64,000 nt of DNA from a virus (lineage: Duplodnaviria > Heunggongvirae > Uroviricota > Caudoviricetes), in IMG/VR virus record IMGVR_UViG_3300028103_000015. The stretch is one strand, 5' to 3'. Positions within the stretch are counted from its first letter, which is position 1. The number at the start of each line of letters is the position of its first letter. Below, one piece after another: positions 55,211 through 64,000 of the stretch. The position numbers were made by a program, and so were the translations under genes. The notes beneath the pieces were generated by a model. It did not search any database, was not told the origin of the DNA, and worked only from the letters and a program-made list of their open reading frames with translations.

Positions 55211-55938
55211 TGTCAACTTTTAGGAAGTTAGTTTCAGATGCGCGCTCTATGCACAAGTTGCTCTCCACAGACAACTTGATCACAGATAGAGCTATTATGT
55301 CTGAGATTAAGAACAATGCCTTCCTCTTGATAAAGCGTGAGACTAATCTGAGGAAGTTATGGGCAACCGATACAGTTTTTACCACCATTCCTTGTCTAGA
55401 GATGGTGGAAGTTCCTATTTCTGAATGCTGTGATTATGCTGATCCTTGCACGGTCTCTAGAACGAAGTTTAAGCTTCCTAGGATTACAGAGGGTAACTAT
55501 CAGTATGTAATTCAGGGTGTTTATTCAATTAACGCCATGAGTGGACAGGGAAAGAAACTTAAGGAAATAACCATCAACCGATACGTGAATTTGCTCAAGC
55601 TTCCAATTATTAAGAAGGAAGAATACTATTGGATTTCAAATGGGTATCTGTATGTAAACAACCCATTGCTAAAAGCAATCAGACTAGTTGCTCTTTTCGA
55701 GGAAGATGTTCCAAATGAGATAATGTATCCAGAATGTGGATGTGGAACTCCTAGCTATACACCAGAGCAACTGTGTGTAAATCCTTTAGATAAAGAATCT
55801 CCAGTGCCTGGCTACCTAGAAAAGCAGGTGTTAGAGCTCACTTCTCAGAAGCTTCTCACTACGTATTTCAAACTTAAGACAGACATCACAAGTGATGGCG
55901 TTGATGGTCAAGCACCTAACGCTCCAAACTTGAGATGA
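55210..55938 (+). CDS. hypothetical structural protein
   Basis: 242 aa. ATGA overlap. Confidence 0.5.
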   Translation: MSTFRKLVSDARSMHKLLSTDNLITDRAIMSEIKNNAFLLIKRETNLRKLWATDTVFTTIPCLEMVEVPISECCDYADPCTVSRTKFKLPRITEGNYQYVIQGVYSINAMSGQGKKLKEITINRYVNLLKLPIIKKEEYYWISNGYLYVNNPLLKAIRLVALFEEDVPNEIMYPECGCGTPSYTPEQLCVNPLDKESPVPGYLEKQVLELTSQKLLTTYFKLKTDITSDGVDGQAPNAPNLR

Positions 55939-55939
55939 T

Positions 55940-56422
55940 ATGAGAGTAAAGATAGACTGGCGAAGCGCTAGCAAAGATAACTACAACAGTTTCTGTAAGA
56001 AACATCCGTCCATCAAGCTTACATTTGATCAGTGGAGAAACATCATCTATTCTTTTAATGATGCCTTTAGAGAATATATTCTTGAGACAGGAGAACGAGC
56101 AAAGCTGCCCTTTGGGTTTGGTGAGTTCTCAATAAGCAAGAAGAAGCGCAGGAAGATAAAAGGAATAGATGGTAAAGAGTTTGTCAATCTTCCTATTGAT
56201 TGGAAGAAGACAAAAGAAAAAGGTAAGCGTATATACAATTTCAACTTTCACACAGAGGGTTATTTCTTTGGATGGATGTGGTTTAAATTAACAGCTAGGT
56301 TTAAACACTCACCGCTGTGGTATTTCAAACCTTCCAGGAACACGTCTAGGCTTCTCTCCCACTATCTGAGAGCTGATGACAAATACCAACATTTATATCA
56401 AGAATGGAAAAAAGCATTATAG
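55940..56422 (+). CDS. hypothetical protein
   Basis: 160 aa. Confidence 0.5.
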   Translation: MRVKIDWRSASKDNYNSFCKKHPSIKLTFDQWRNIIYSFNDAFREYILETGERAKLPFGFGEFSISKKKRRKIKGIDGKEFVNLPIDWKKTKEKGKRIYNFNFHTEGYFFGWMWFKLTARFKHSPLWYFKPSRNTSRLLSHYLRADDKYQHLYQEWKKAL

Positions 56423-57394
56423 ATGGCATACTATTACAAATATAATTTCGTCACTCCTGAGCCTATCTACTCTATCGTCAAGGAAGAGTTTAAAAGCTAT
56501 TTTGATACAGGAGCTGTAGATGATTTGATGTTTCCCACCTATCTAGACAAATGTCTCAGAAAGCTGGGAAGAACCACTTATGTGATTTCTCAAGAGATTC
56601 TTCACATCTGTGACTATGAAGCAAGACTCCCAGATAATTTCTACGCTGTTCGTGAAGCTTGGCTTTGTACAGCTGTAAATGGTTTTCCATATCAGCAGGC
56701 CAACTCGTTCTATTCACAAGCAGCTAGCTCTACAACTATTCAAGTGAGCCCTGTGATTGTGTATGGTAATCCTTGTGAAGAGGGTAATTGTGGTCAACAG
56801 TTTTGTCCTAAGTGTATGCCTGATTTGGTGCAAGCTGTATATAAGACAAATAATCAAGCACCTGTACTCTATAGAAAGGAATATCTTCTCAAGCCTGGTA
56901 ATATATCTGCACAGGGTAACTGTGGTGTAGATTATACCAACAACTGGGAATTCTATCAAGAGGCACCTCCTATCAACGAGTTTACACCTGGTTCCTCCTG
57001 GTATGATTCATTTGATATTAGAGACAATAAGTTTGTTACTAACTTCCGCAATGGTGTAGTGCATCTGCTTTTCTATGCAACAGAATATGACCAAGTGGGT
57101 AACCAATTGATTCCTGACAACTATCGTATCAGGGAGTTTGTGGAAGCCTTCATTAAGTATAAAGTGATTGAAACGCTCACCAATCAGACCAATGATGAGA
57201 CATTTAATCAGCTTCAACAAAAGCTAGCTTTCTACAAACAGCAGGCTGATGAGGCGTTCATTATGGCTGATATTGAGATTAAGAAACAAGATCCTTGGAC
57301 CAAGCAACGCAGAATAATCAACGATCTTAATAGGTTTAACATGTATGAACTACCTAACCGTACCAATAGATATGGTTGGAGACGCAATAACTAA
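56423..57394 (+). CDS. hypothetical structural protein
   Basis: 323 aa. Confidence 0.5.
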   Translation: MAYYYKYNFVTPEPIYSIVKEEFKSYFDTGAVDDLMFPTYLDKCLRKLGRTTYVISQEILHICDYEARLPDNFYAVREAWLCTAVNGFPYQQANSFYSQAASSTTIQVSPVIVYGNPCEEGNCGQQFCPKCMPDLVQAVYKTNNQAPVLYRKEYLLKPGNISAQGNCGVDYTNNWEFYQEAPPINEFTPGSSWYDSFDIRDNKFVTNFRNGVVHLLFYATEYDQVGNQLIPDNYRIREFVEAFIKYKVIETLTNQTNDETFNQLQQKLAFYKQQADEAFIMADIEIKKQDPWTKQRRIINDLNRFNMYELPNRTNRYGWRRNN

Positions 57395-57399
57395 CACTA

Positions 57400-60300
57400 A
57401 TGGCTGAACAGGAACAAGGTAATATTAGGCAGGAATATAATAATGCTACCACTGGTCTTAACATGGACCAAACCCCTAATCAAATACAGAAGGGGAAACT
57501 TACGTATGCATTAAACGCTGCTGTTGAAAACTTTGACTCTAATTCTGTAAACTATCAGAATGAGCCAGGGAATGAACTGTGTGTTACATTCCCTTCTGGC
57601 TTTGTACTTATAGGTAATCATTTCATCCAAGAAAGAAACAAACATGTATTCTTCATCACCAATCCAGACACTGGAGCTAGTCAGATTGGATATATGGAAA
57701 ACAATGATTGCGTCTATCGTGTACTTGTAAATGCTCCATGTCTCAACTTTAACACTAGCTATCCCATACAAAAGGTGGCGCACAAGATTACCAACTGCAC
57801 CACTGAGATATATTGGACAGATGGTTACAATCCCAGAAGATACCTAGACATTGACAACATTCCTAAGGTGTTGAAGTCTGGCACTCCTTTCTGCCATCCT
57901 GAGTATACAGACGATCTAGACTGTAATCAACTCAAACTCCAGCCTAATTTCAAGATTCCTCAACTGGATGTAACAGATGTCACTAGCACAGGAAATCTCA
58001 CTGCTGGCACATACCAGTTTGCTATACAATACTCTGATCCTCAGGGCAATCCTTACACATCCTATTATTCTGTTACCAACCCAACACCTATTGCTGATGA
58101 GTTTATTACATCAGTGAACTTCAACTATCCTGTTGGTAAATCCATCATCCTTAATATCAGCAATCTTGAGGACAGTGGGCTCTACCAATATTTCAACTTG
58201 GCGGTGATCAGAACAGTGAATGATATCACTTCTGTGGAGCTAGTGGGTACATATTACATTGATAATGTACAAAAGCAAATCACATACACTGGTCAGAACG
58301 TTACACAAATCCGTCTTACCATCAATGATATATTTGAGAAATTCCCTTATTATGATATTGCACAAGACCTGACAACAGCTCAAGATATTCTTATATGGGA
58401 CAATCTTACATCCATTGATCGTATCAACTATCAAAGCATTGCAAATCAAATCAATCTTCAGTGGGAAAGCTGGAGAATTCCTGCTAATGAGAATTACGCA
58501 GATGAATTGAATGCCACCAACCTTAGAGGTTATCTGAGGGACGAAGTGTATGCATTTGAAATAGTATTCTTGCTTAAGAATGGCAAGCAAACAGATGGAT
58601 TCCATATTCCTGGTAGGATAGCAACAAGCTTTGACTTAACACCAGTTTCTCCAGCAAATGATGACTTCATTGGAGAACCTGATCCTTTTACAGGAACCAG
58701 TCCATATTGGAAGATATACAACACAGCATCTGTTACAGGATTTGCTCCTGAATATTCCCCTGCTGATGACTACAAAGGACCATACCAATATGGTCAGTTT
58801 GCATATTGGGAATCTACAGACACCTATCCTTGTAATGCAGATGTTTGGGGTGATTTGGCTGGTCAACCAATTAGACATCACAAGTTCCCAGATATAAACA
58901 TCAGTGCTGCATATGAGTCTAAGATTTTCTTAGGACCTACAGCAATGGTGCAGGGAAATGATGCTGTATTCCCTATTGGTGTACATCTGGATATACAGCA
59001 AGTGGAGGCTCTCATTCAGTCATCTAGTTTGACAGATGACCAGAAAAGTGATATTGTTGGATTCAAGATTATACGTGCAGACCGTGGCACAAACAAATCT
59101 ATTGTAGCAAAGGGCATCCTTAGGAATGTGAATACGTATGAAAGAGAGAAGCAAACCTACTTCTATCCCAACTATCCATACAACGATCTTAATGTAGATC
59201 CATTCCTTAATGAGAACAACAATGCCTGGACACAGATTTGTGATGATTACACAATAGAGATATCGTCTCTTGGTCCATGCTCTGATGGTGGTGCCAACTG
59301 TGCAGAGGTGTTATACACAGATTGCAACAGTAATAAACAGGGTACACAGAAATATTATTCTACAGGAACATACCATTTATGTTCTACAAGCAAGCCTTTG
59401 GTGTTATCCCCTGCAACAGGAAGAACAGGACTTTCTACATATGATGTTTGGGTGGCAACAATATGTCCTCCTACATTTTTAAAGACAGGTAATAGGATAG
59501 AATGGGTTGATATATACAACGGACCTTCTACAGAATGGATAACAGGATGGCCAAATGTAGAAACATTTACATTCAATGCAGTTCCTGGAACAATCCCAAA
59601 GGTGATAGAAGGAACACCTGATAATATATGTTTCACTGGTCCTACACGTGTCACTGGTCCTAATTGTAAAATAGAAACTCCACAGCACGCTGTAACAGAG
59701 AAGTACAGACAGATATTCAACTCTCCTGAAACTTCCTTTGGACAGCCATTCTTAGGTGGTATTCTGAAGCTTGAGAGTGTAATGTTTGGTGGTGGCAAGG
59801 CCCATTTTGTTGAGGTGAAGAGCAATGCTAAATACAAGCTCTTGACAGAACAAGCTCAGGTGGATGCTCTTAACAGTTCTAATAAACTAGGTGCTCTCAC
59901 CACACCGTTTAGTGCCACTGCTATGTTCACCACATATCAGGCATATTTGACAATCTATGTAAACGGTATCACCAGAAAAAACTATGCTTATTCTTTCAAC
60001 TCTGTAGCTGATTACAACTATGGTGTTGGAGTTCCTGACAACCTTGGTATAAAGCAGAGAAACTTAGACATTGCTAGATATTTGATTCCTGGTGTGCAGA
60101 ATGTTGGTGATGTATACAACATCAACAACTTCCAGAGGGAATCATCTGTATATTTGAGAACTGATCTAGACAGACCAGCGCTTCCTTTCCCAGACCAAAG
60201 TCCTAACATGGTGTCTTCAGGAAGTCCTTTGGTTACAGACAAGTCTAGATTCACCATATCAGAGATTGGTAACTGTGATGTTCCTGGTAAGGAAGAAGAC

Positions 60301-63162
60301 ATATCTGTTGTGTCTTATTATGCTTCTATGAAGAACATCTTCCCAAATCAATATGGACAGATCTATTCATATGACACTGTAGACACTGGTTATCAGGCAA
60401 TTATAAATAGTGTTGACCAACCACGTACAGTGTTTGGTGGTGATACATTCATCAGTAGATTTGCATTCAAGAGCAAGCTTCCTTTCTTTATAGATAATAG
60501 GGTGAACGCTCCTGATGACAGTGATATATTCTATGATGAGATTGGTAATATAGCCTATCCAAAATACTGGCACTCAGCCAGATCTATTCTGAAGGATTAT
60601 GTAAGTAGTGGAGGAACATTAACCAACATCATATCTTATAAGGCTCACAACTTTGATTGCCCTAACGATCAGGGTGTTATTGTTACGCCTTCAATCACCA
60701 CTACCACAACCACCACTATTTTACAAGGCACCATTATTTCAACCAATCCAAACAGGACATACTATGATGGATATTTCTATCTGTTTGCATATGGTATTCC
60801 CAACTTCTATTGTGAAAGCTCTTACAATATTGACCTGCGTCAGGCGTTCAATAATAGAGAGGGTGATTTCTGGCCTCACGTGAGCACAGGTATTCCTGAT
60901 GACTGGGTGCAGCAAAGCTTTGTACCTATTGCTCAGGATAACACCTACTATTACAATGTGAGCTATTCTAAGCAAAACAGGGAGAATACATTCACCCATT
61001 TGCCTATCGACTGGGACAAACCTTGTTACACCTACTATCCATTCAGAGCCATCTATTCTGATAGCCAGAACATAGATGCTGACAACAGAGTGAATAGCTG
61101 GTTGATTTACAGAGCCATCTCCTATTATGATTTCCCTCAGAACTTTGGAGATCTTGTGTCTCTAGATGGAATTCAGAACAGAGCTGTTCTTGCTCGTTTT
61201 GAGAACAAGACACTCATGTATAACAACCTCCTTACAATAGATACAAGTAACCCTCAGGCTGCCTATGTAGGCAATCCAAGGTTGTTTAGAGGAGCACCCC
61301 CAATTGACTTCGCAGAAACTGATTTGGGATATGTAGGAACTCAAAACAAGATGTTATTGAAGATTCCACAAGGACAAGTGAGTGTGGATGCTAAGAGGGG
61401 TCAGGTGTTCCTAATAGCTGGAACAGAGGCTGTAGATTTGTCTGGTTTTGGATCTGGTCTTAACAGGTTCTTTACAGACCATCTGGCATTTGAAATCTTG
61501 CGTTACTTCCCTAAGGTGAACACAGACAACAACTTCACAGGGATTGGATTACATGGTGTGTATGACAGCAAGTATGACCGTGTGCTTATTACAAAGCTTG
61601 ATTATGTTCCTAAGGTGAATTCCATCATGTATGATGAAAATACAAGGACATTTTATGATGTTAAAGAAGTGAATGGTCTTATAATCAGAATACCTATATC
61701 TGTATCTGATGAAAAATACTTCTGTAACAAGAGCTGGACAGTGTCTTTCAACTTCAATACAAAGAGCTGGATAAGCTTCCATAGCTATCTGCCTAATTGG
61801 TATATTGGAGAAAACAACTTCTTCTATTCTGGTATCAACGGATGCTGTGATGACTTTGATGTGCTTGTTGGTACAATTGGACCTATTCCAACCACCACCA
61901 CAACTACAACACTTGATTGTGCTCTTGCAGGTATTGTGTATCTTTACAACTGTGATTTGGAAGGAACAGCAACTCCTGTAACTACTACCACTACATCTAG
62001 TACAAGCACTACAACCACCACATCTAGTACTAGCACAACCACCACATCTAGCACAACCACCACATCTAGCACAACCACTACAACGACTACCGCTCCACCT
62101 GAACCAATTTATAGTGTTAGACGTTGCTCAGATGACTTTGGTCCATACAAGATAACTTACGGTACTGGTGATGTACCAACCCTGGTGGGACAAGCATTTT
62201 TACTAAATAACGGTGGATCACCATTCGATGGAGCTACTTGCTGGTATATTGAAAGTTTATCAGTTGAAGGACCTGCTGATTATGCTGCTGTTGCATTCGG
62301 TACAGCTTATGCAGATTGTGATTCGTGTCCTTCTTTAACAACTACCACCACCACTGCACCACCTCCAGAACAATATACACTAAACTATAGCGATGTTGGT
62401 TGTGCAGAAGCTTGTGCAGGATATGGACCTCCATGTTCGAATTGCTCTACATATTACGCAGCAACTGGTGATCCATTGGCTAATGGTACGACAATTTATA
62501 CAGACTATAATCTAACAACAATAGCTCCAAATGGATATTATTCCAACGGAGTTTCATGTTGGACAATAGCAGGTAGTCCTGGTGGTGTATTAAATGCAGA
62601 AAGTGCCTGTGTAACTACAACAACCACAACAACAGAAGCCCCTGTCACCACAACCACTACAACAACACCAACACCTACCACCACTACAACAACAACTGAG
62701 CCACCAACTACTACCACTACCACTACAGCTGCATTAGTTTTGTCTAGTATATTAGTAGTTGATGATAATGCATATAGCACAACAAGCTTGGCATGTACAA
62801 GTAATATAAACCCAGGTAGTAGCGGAACATACGATTATATACAGGGTAAGGTGACTTGCACGTTGAAGGATCAATATGGAAATACCTTTACAAACAATTT
62901 AGGATATGCAGTGGATGTAGACATAGATGCTAATGTAACAGGATGTAGTCCTGGTACTGTACCATTCACTATATCAATACCAAACGGAAGTTCAAGTGGA
63001 TACATCATATATGACGTACAAATAACAGACAACTGTGGTGATCCAGATGCATTCTCATGTACACAGAACACAACAACTATGGATTGCATCACAGCAATTA
63101 CAAATAGCTACCCAGTTTATACAGGAAGTAATTTGGATTATTGTTCATCACCACCTTTATAA
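57400..63162 (+). CDS. giant (1920 aa) modular virion protein; C-terminal part is a chain of small Cys-rich modules joined by poly-Thr/Ser linkers; likely tail fibre or adhesin
   Basis: Single uninterrupted ORF. Poly-T runs at roughly aa 1096, 1497, 1527-1565, 1646, 1741-1770. Confidence 0.6.
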   Translation: MAEQEQGNIRQEYNNATTGLNMDQTPNQIQKGKLTYALNAAVENFDSNSVNYQNEPGNELCVTFPSGFVLIGNHFIQERNKHVFFITNPDTGASQIGYMENNDCVYRVLVNAPCLNFNTSYPIQKVAHKITNCTTEIYWTDGYNPRRYLDIDNIPKVLKSGTPFCHPEYTDDLDCNQLKLQPNFKIPQLDVTDVTSTGNLTAGTYQFAIQYSDPQGNPYTSYYSVTNPTPIADEFITSVNFNYPVGKSIILNISNLEDSGLYQYFNLAVIRTVNDITSVELVGTYYIDNVQKQITYTGQNVTQIRLTINDIFEKFPYYDIAQDLTTAQDILIWDNLTSIDRINYQSIANQINLQWESWRIPANENYADELNATNLRGYLRDEVYAFEIVFLLKNGKQTDGFHIPGRIATSFDLTPVSPANDDFIGEPDPFTGTSPYWKIYNTASVTGFAPEYSPADDYKGPYQYGQFAYWESTDTYPCNADVWGDLAGQPIRHHKFPDINISAAYESKIFLGPTAMVQGNDAVFPIGVHLDIQQVEALIQSSSLTDDQKSDIVGFKIIRADRGTNKSIVAKGILRNVNTYEREKQTYFYPNYPYNDLNVDPFLNENNNAWTQICDDYTIEISSLGPCSDGGANCAEVLYTDCNSNKQGTQKYYSTGTYHLCSTSKPLVLSPATGRTGLSTYDVWVATICPPTFLKTGNRIEWVDIYNGPSTEWITGWPNVETFTFNAVPGTIPKVIEGTPDNICFTGPTRVTGPNCKIETPQHAVTEKYRQIFNSPETSFGQPFLGGILKLESVMFGGGKAHFVEVKSNAKYKLLTEQAQVDALNSSNKLGALTTPFSATAMFTTYQAYLTIYVNGITRKNYAYSFNSVADYNYGVGVPDNLGIKQRNLDIARYLIPGVQNVGDVYNINNFQRESSVYLRTDLDRPALPFPDQSPNMVSSGSPLVTDKSRFTISEIGNCDVPGKEEDISVVSYYASMKNIFPNQYGQIYSYDTVDTGYQAIINSVDQPRTVFGGDTFISRFAFKSKLPFFIDNRVNAPDDSDIFYDEIGNIAYPKYWHSARSILKDYVSSGGTLTNIISYKAHNFDCPNDQGVIVTPSITTTTTTTILQGTIISTNPNRTYYDGYFYLFAYGIPNFYCESSYNIDLRQAFNNREGDFWPHVSTGIPDDWVQQSFVPIAQDNTYYYNVSYSKQNRENTFTHLPIDWDKPCYTYYPFRAIYSDSQNIDADNRVNSWLIYRAISYYDFPQNFGDLVSLDGIQNRAVLARFENKTLMYNNLLTIDTSNPQAAYVGNPRLFRGAPPIDFAETDLGYVGTQNKMLLKIPQGQVSVDAKRGQVFLIAGTEAVDLSGFGSGLNRFFTDHLAFEILRYFPKVNTDNNFTGIGLHGVYDSKYDRVLITKLDYVPKVNSIMYDENTRTFYDVKEVNGLIIRIPISVSDEKYFCNKSWTVSFNFNTKSWISFHSYLPNWYIGENNFFYSGINGCCDDFDVLVGTIGPIPTTTTTTTLDCALAGIVYLYNCDLEGTATPVTTTTTSSTSTTTTTSSTSTTTTSSTTTTSSTTTTTTTAPPEPIYSVRRCSDDFGPYKITYGTGDVPTLVGQAFLLNNGGSPFDGATCWYIESLSVEGPADYAAVAFGTAYADCDSCPSLTTTTTTAPPPEQYTLNYSDVGCAEACAGYGPPCSNCSTYYAATGDPLANGTTIYTDYNLTTIAPNGYYSNGVSCWTIAGSPGGVLNAESACVTTTTTTTEAPVTTTTTTTPTPTTTTTTTEPPTTTTTTTAALVLSSILVVDDNAYSTTSLACTSNINPGSSGTYDYIQGKVTCTLKDQYGNTFTNNLGYAVDVDIDANVTGCSPGTVPFTISIPNGSSSGYIIYDVQITDNCGDPDAFSCTQNTTTMDCITAITNSYPVYTGSNLDYCSSPPL
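61981..62095 (+). repeat. tandem 21-bp coding repeat (about 4 copies of AGCACAACCACCACATCTAGC-like units, encoding TTTTSST)
   Basis: Seen directly inside the giant gene. Confidence 0.6.
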
Positions 63163-63174
63163 AAGGATAAACTT

Positions 63175-63699
63175 ATGGCACAGACAGTATTAATAGTATT
63201 AACCACAGCAGGAACTAACACAGGCCCCTTTAGCCTGTATTCAAATGTGGACGGATTTGTAACACCGTTTGAACTTGGTGTATCTAAGGCAGCTCTTGAA
63301 GCTGGGTACACTTCGTTTCTTGTCCCTGATGGTGCAACCATAATCAGAGTGAAGTCTAATGGTGTATGTACAAACTACATAGATATTCCTTTTGGTATAA
63401 CCACAACCACCACAACATCTAGTAGTACAACCACCACTACGAGCACCACTATTTCAACCACATCCACCACCACTACAACTTATTGTCAGTCTATTGGTGC
63501 AGGAGCTGGTTGCTTCAACTGGAACTTTACAGCAGGTGGAACAGGAGCAATTGTACAATGGACAGATTGTAATGGTAACAACCAAACATCAGTGTTGAAT
63601 GAAGGTGAGTCAGGAAGCGGATGTTTGTGTGATGGTCAAACACCAAATGTTCTAGAAGGTAGTTTATCTATTATAAGTCAAGTGGGTACATGTCCATAA
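63175..63699 (+). CDS. virion-associated protein: N-domain, then poly-Thr/Ser linker, then Cys-rich C-module
   Basis: 174 aa. Its N-terminal domain is paralogous to the start of the next ORF. Confidence 0.5.
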   Translation: MAQTVLIVLTTAGTNTGPFSLYSNVDGFVTPFELGVSKAALEAGYTSFLVPDGATIIRVKSNGVCTNYIDIPFGITTTTTTSSSTTTTTSTTISTTSTTTTTYCQSIGAGAGCFNWNFTAGGTGAIVQWTDCNGNNQTSVLNEGESGSGCLCDGQTPNVLEGSLSIISQVGTCP

Positions 63700-63711
63700 T
63701 GCGTTTAATAA

Positions 63712-63999
63712 ATGAGTAAAACAATTATCATAAAGCTGACTATCTCAGGACCAAGTGCAGGTCCCTTTAACATCACTGATGAATTTGGAAACATCATAGC
63801 AACTGGTGTTTCCAAAGAAAGTCTGATTGATGGTGTTAGCTACAGTGTTGCAGACGATGTGACAATGGTGACCATTGAGTCCACTGGTAAATGTAAAAGC
63901 AAGAAAACATTCCCAATCGGTGTGACAAATCCTGTAGAAATAGCAGCTTCCAGTTATAAACAAATCACAACAGCTTGTATCTGGAGGCATCTGAAGAAT
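63712..63999 (+). CDS. hypothetical protein (truncated by the window end), N-domain paralogue of the 63175 protein
   Basis: MSKTIIIKLTISGPSAGPFNITDEFGNI compared with TVLIVLTTAGTNTGPFSLYSNVDGF. Confidence 0.4.
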   Translation, partial: MSKTIIIKLTISGPSAGPFNITDEFGNIIATGVSKESLIDGVSYSVADDVTMVTIESTGKCKSKKTFPIGVTNPVEIAASSYKQITTACIWRHLKN

Positions 64000-64000
64000 C

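Noticed and set aside
62538-62780. Minus-strand ORF encoding poly-Val/Gly
   Set aside because: It is simply the reverse complement of the ACN-rich poly-Thr coding repeats inside the 1920-aa gene, so it is not an independent gene.
1-64000. Integrase, transposase or other mobile-element boundaries
   Set aside because: No tyrosine or serine recombinase, or transposase, signature was recognised in any frame. Only an AlpA-like HTH and a tRNA-like fragment hint at integration capacity.

Overview
The window reads as most of a large tailed dsDNA phage genome. It is gene-dense and AT-rich, with no Shine-Dalgarno-type leaders. A few starts are preceded by TAnnTTTG -7-like motifs, and poly-Thr linkers are frequent; both fit a Bacteroidetes/Flavobacteriia-type host, but that is inference. 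Layout: (i) 1-4.25 kb is the distal end of a rightward operon. It holds two tandem mini-proteins with poly-Thr tails, a Dps/ferritin-like protein, and a tandem array of six paralogous lysine-rich (H1/protamine-like) basic proteins, closed by a clean intrinsic terminator. (ii) 4.3-8.9 kb is a glycosylation island: five GT-A/GT2-type glycosyltransferases, a TylF/CmcI-like SAM O-methyltransferase and a beta-propeller protein. (iii) 9-35 kb is a leftward replication and nucleotide-metabolism module. It contains dUTPase, RecA-like recombinase, class II RNR, two HNH genes, an HSP90-family ATPase, a family-1 UDG homologue whose catalytic Asp is replaced by Cys, DnaG-like primase, SSB-like protein, SF2 helicase, DnaB-like helicase and family-B DNA polymerase. 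It also has many small hypotheticals and a TM-protein/lipoprotein pair. (iv) About 35.0-38.15 kb is a regulatory region of roughly 3 kb. It carries operator-like palindromes, three small leftward genes that each have their own upstream motif and downstream terminator, a tRNA-derived T-arm/acceptor fragment (possible att core), and G-rich repeats. (v) 38.2-64 kb is the rightward late/structural module. It runs from a wHTH regulator through small and large terminase, portal, an SPFH/Band-7 protein, scaffold-like and capsid-candidate genes, a Collar-domain tail fibre and Cys-rich small proteins, to a 1920-aa modular protein built of Cys-rich modules joined by poly-Thr/Ser linkers. No rRNA, canonical tRNA, CRISPR array, integrase or transposase was found. 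The most interesting candidates are: a possible phage-encoded O-glycosylation system acting on poly-Thr virion proteins; a putative virion chromatin module (Dps-like protein plus six basic proteins); and an HSP90 gene with DnaJ-type zinc-finger proteins nearby. Also of note are the Asp-to-Cys UDG variant and the SPFH protein sitting where a prohead protease normally would.
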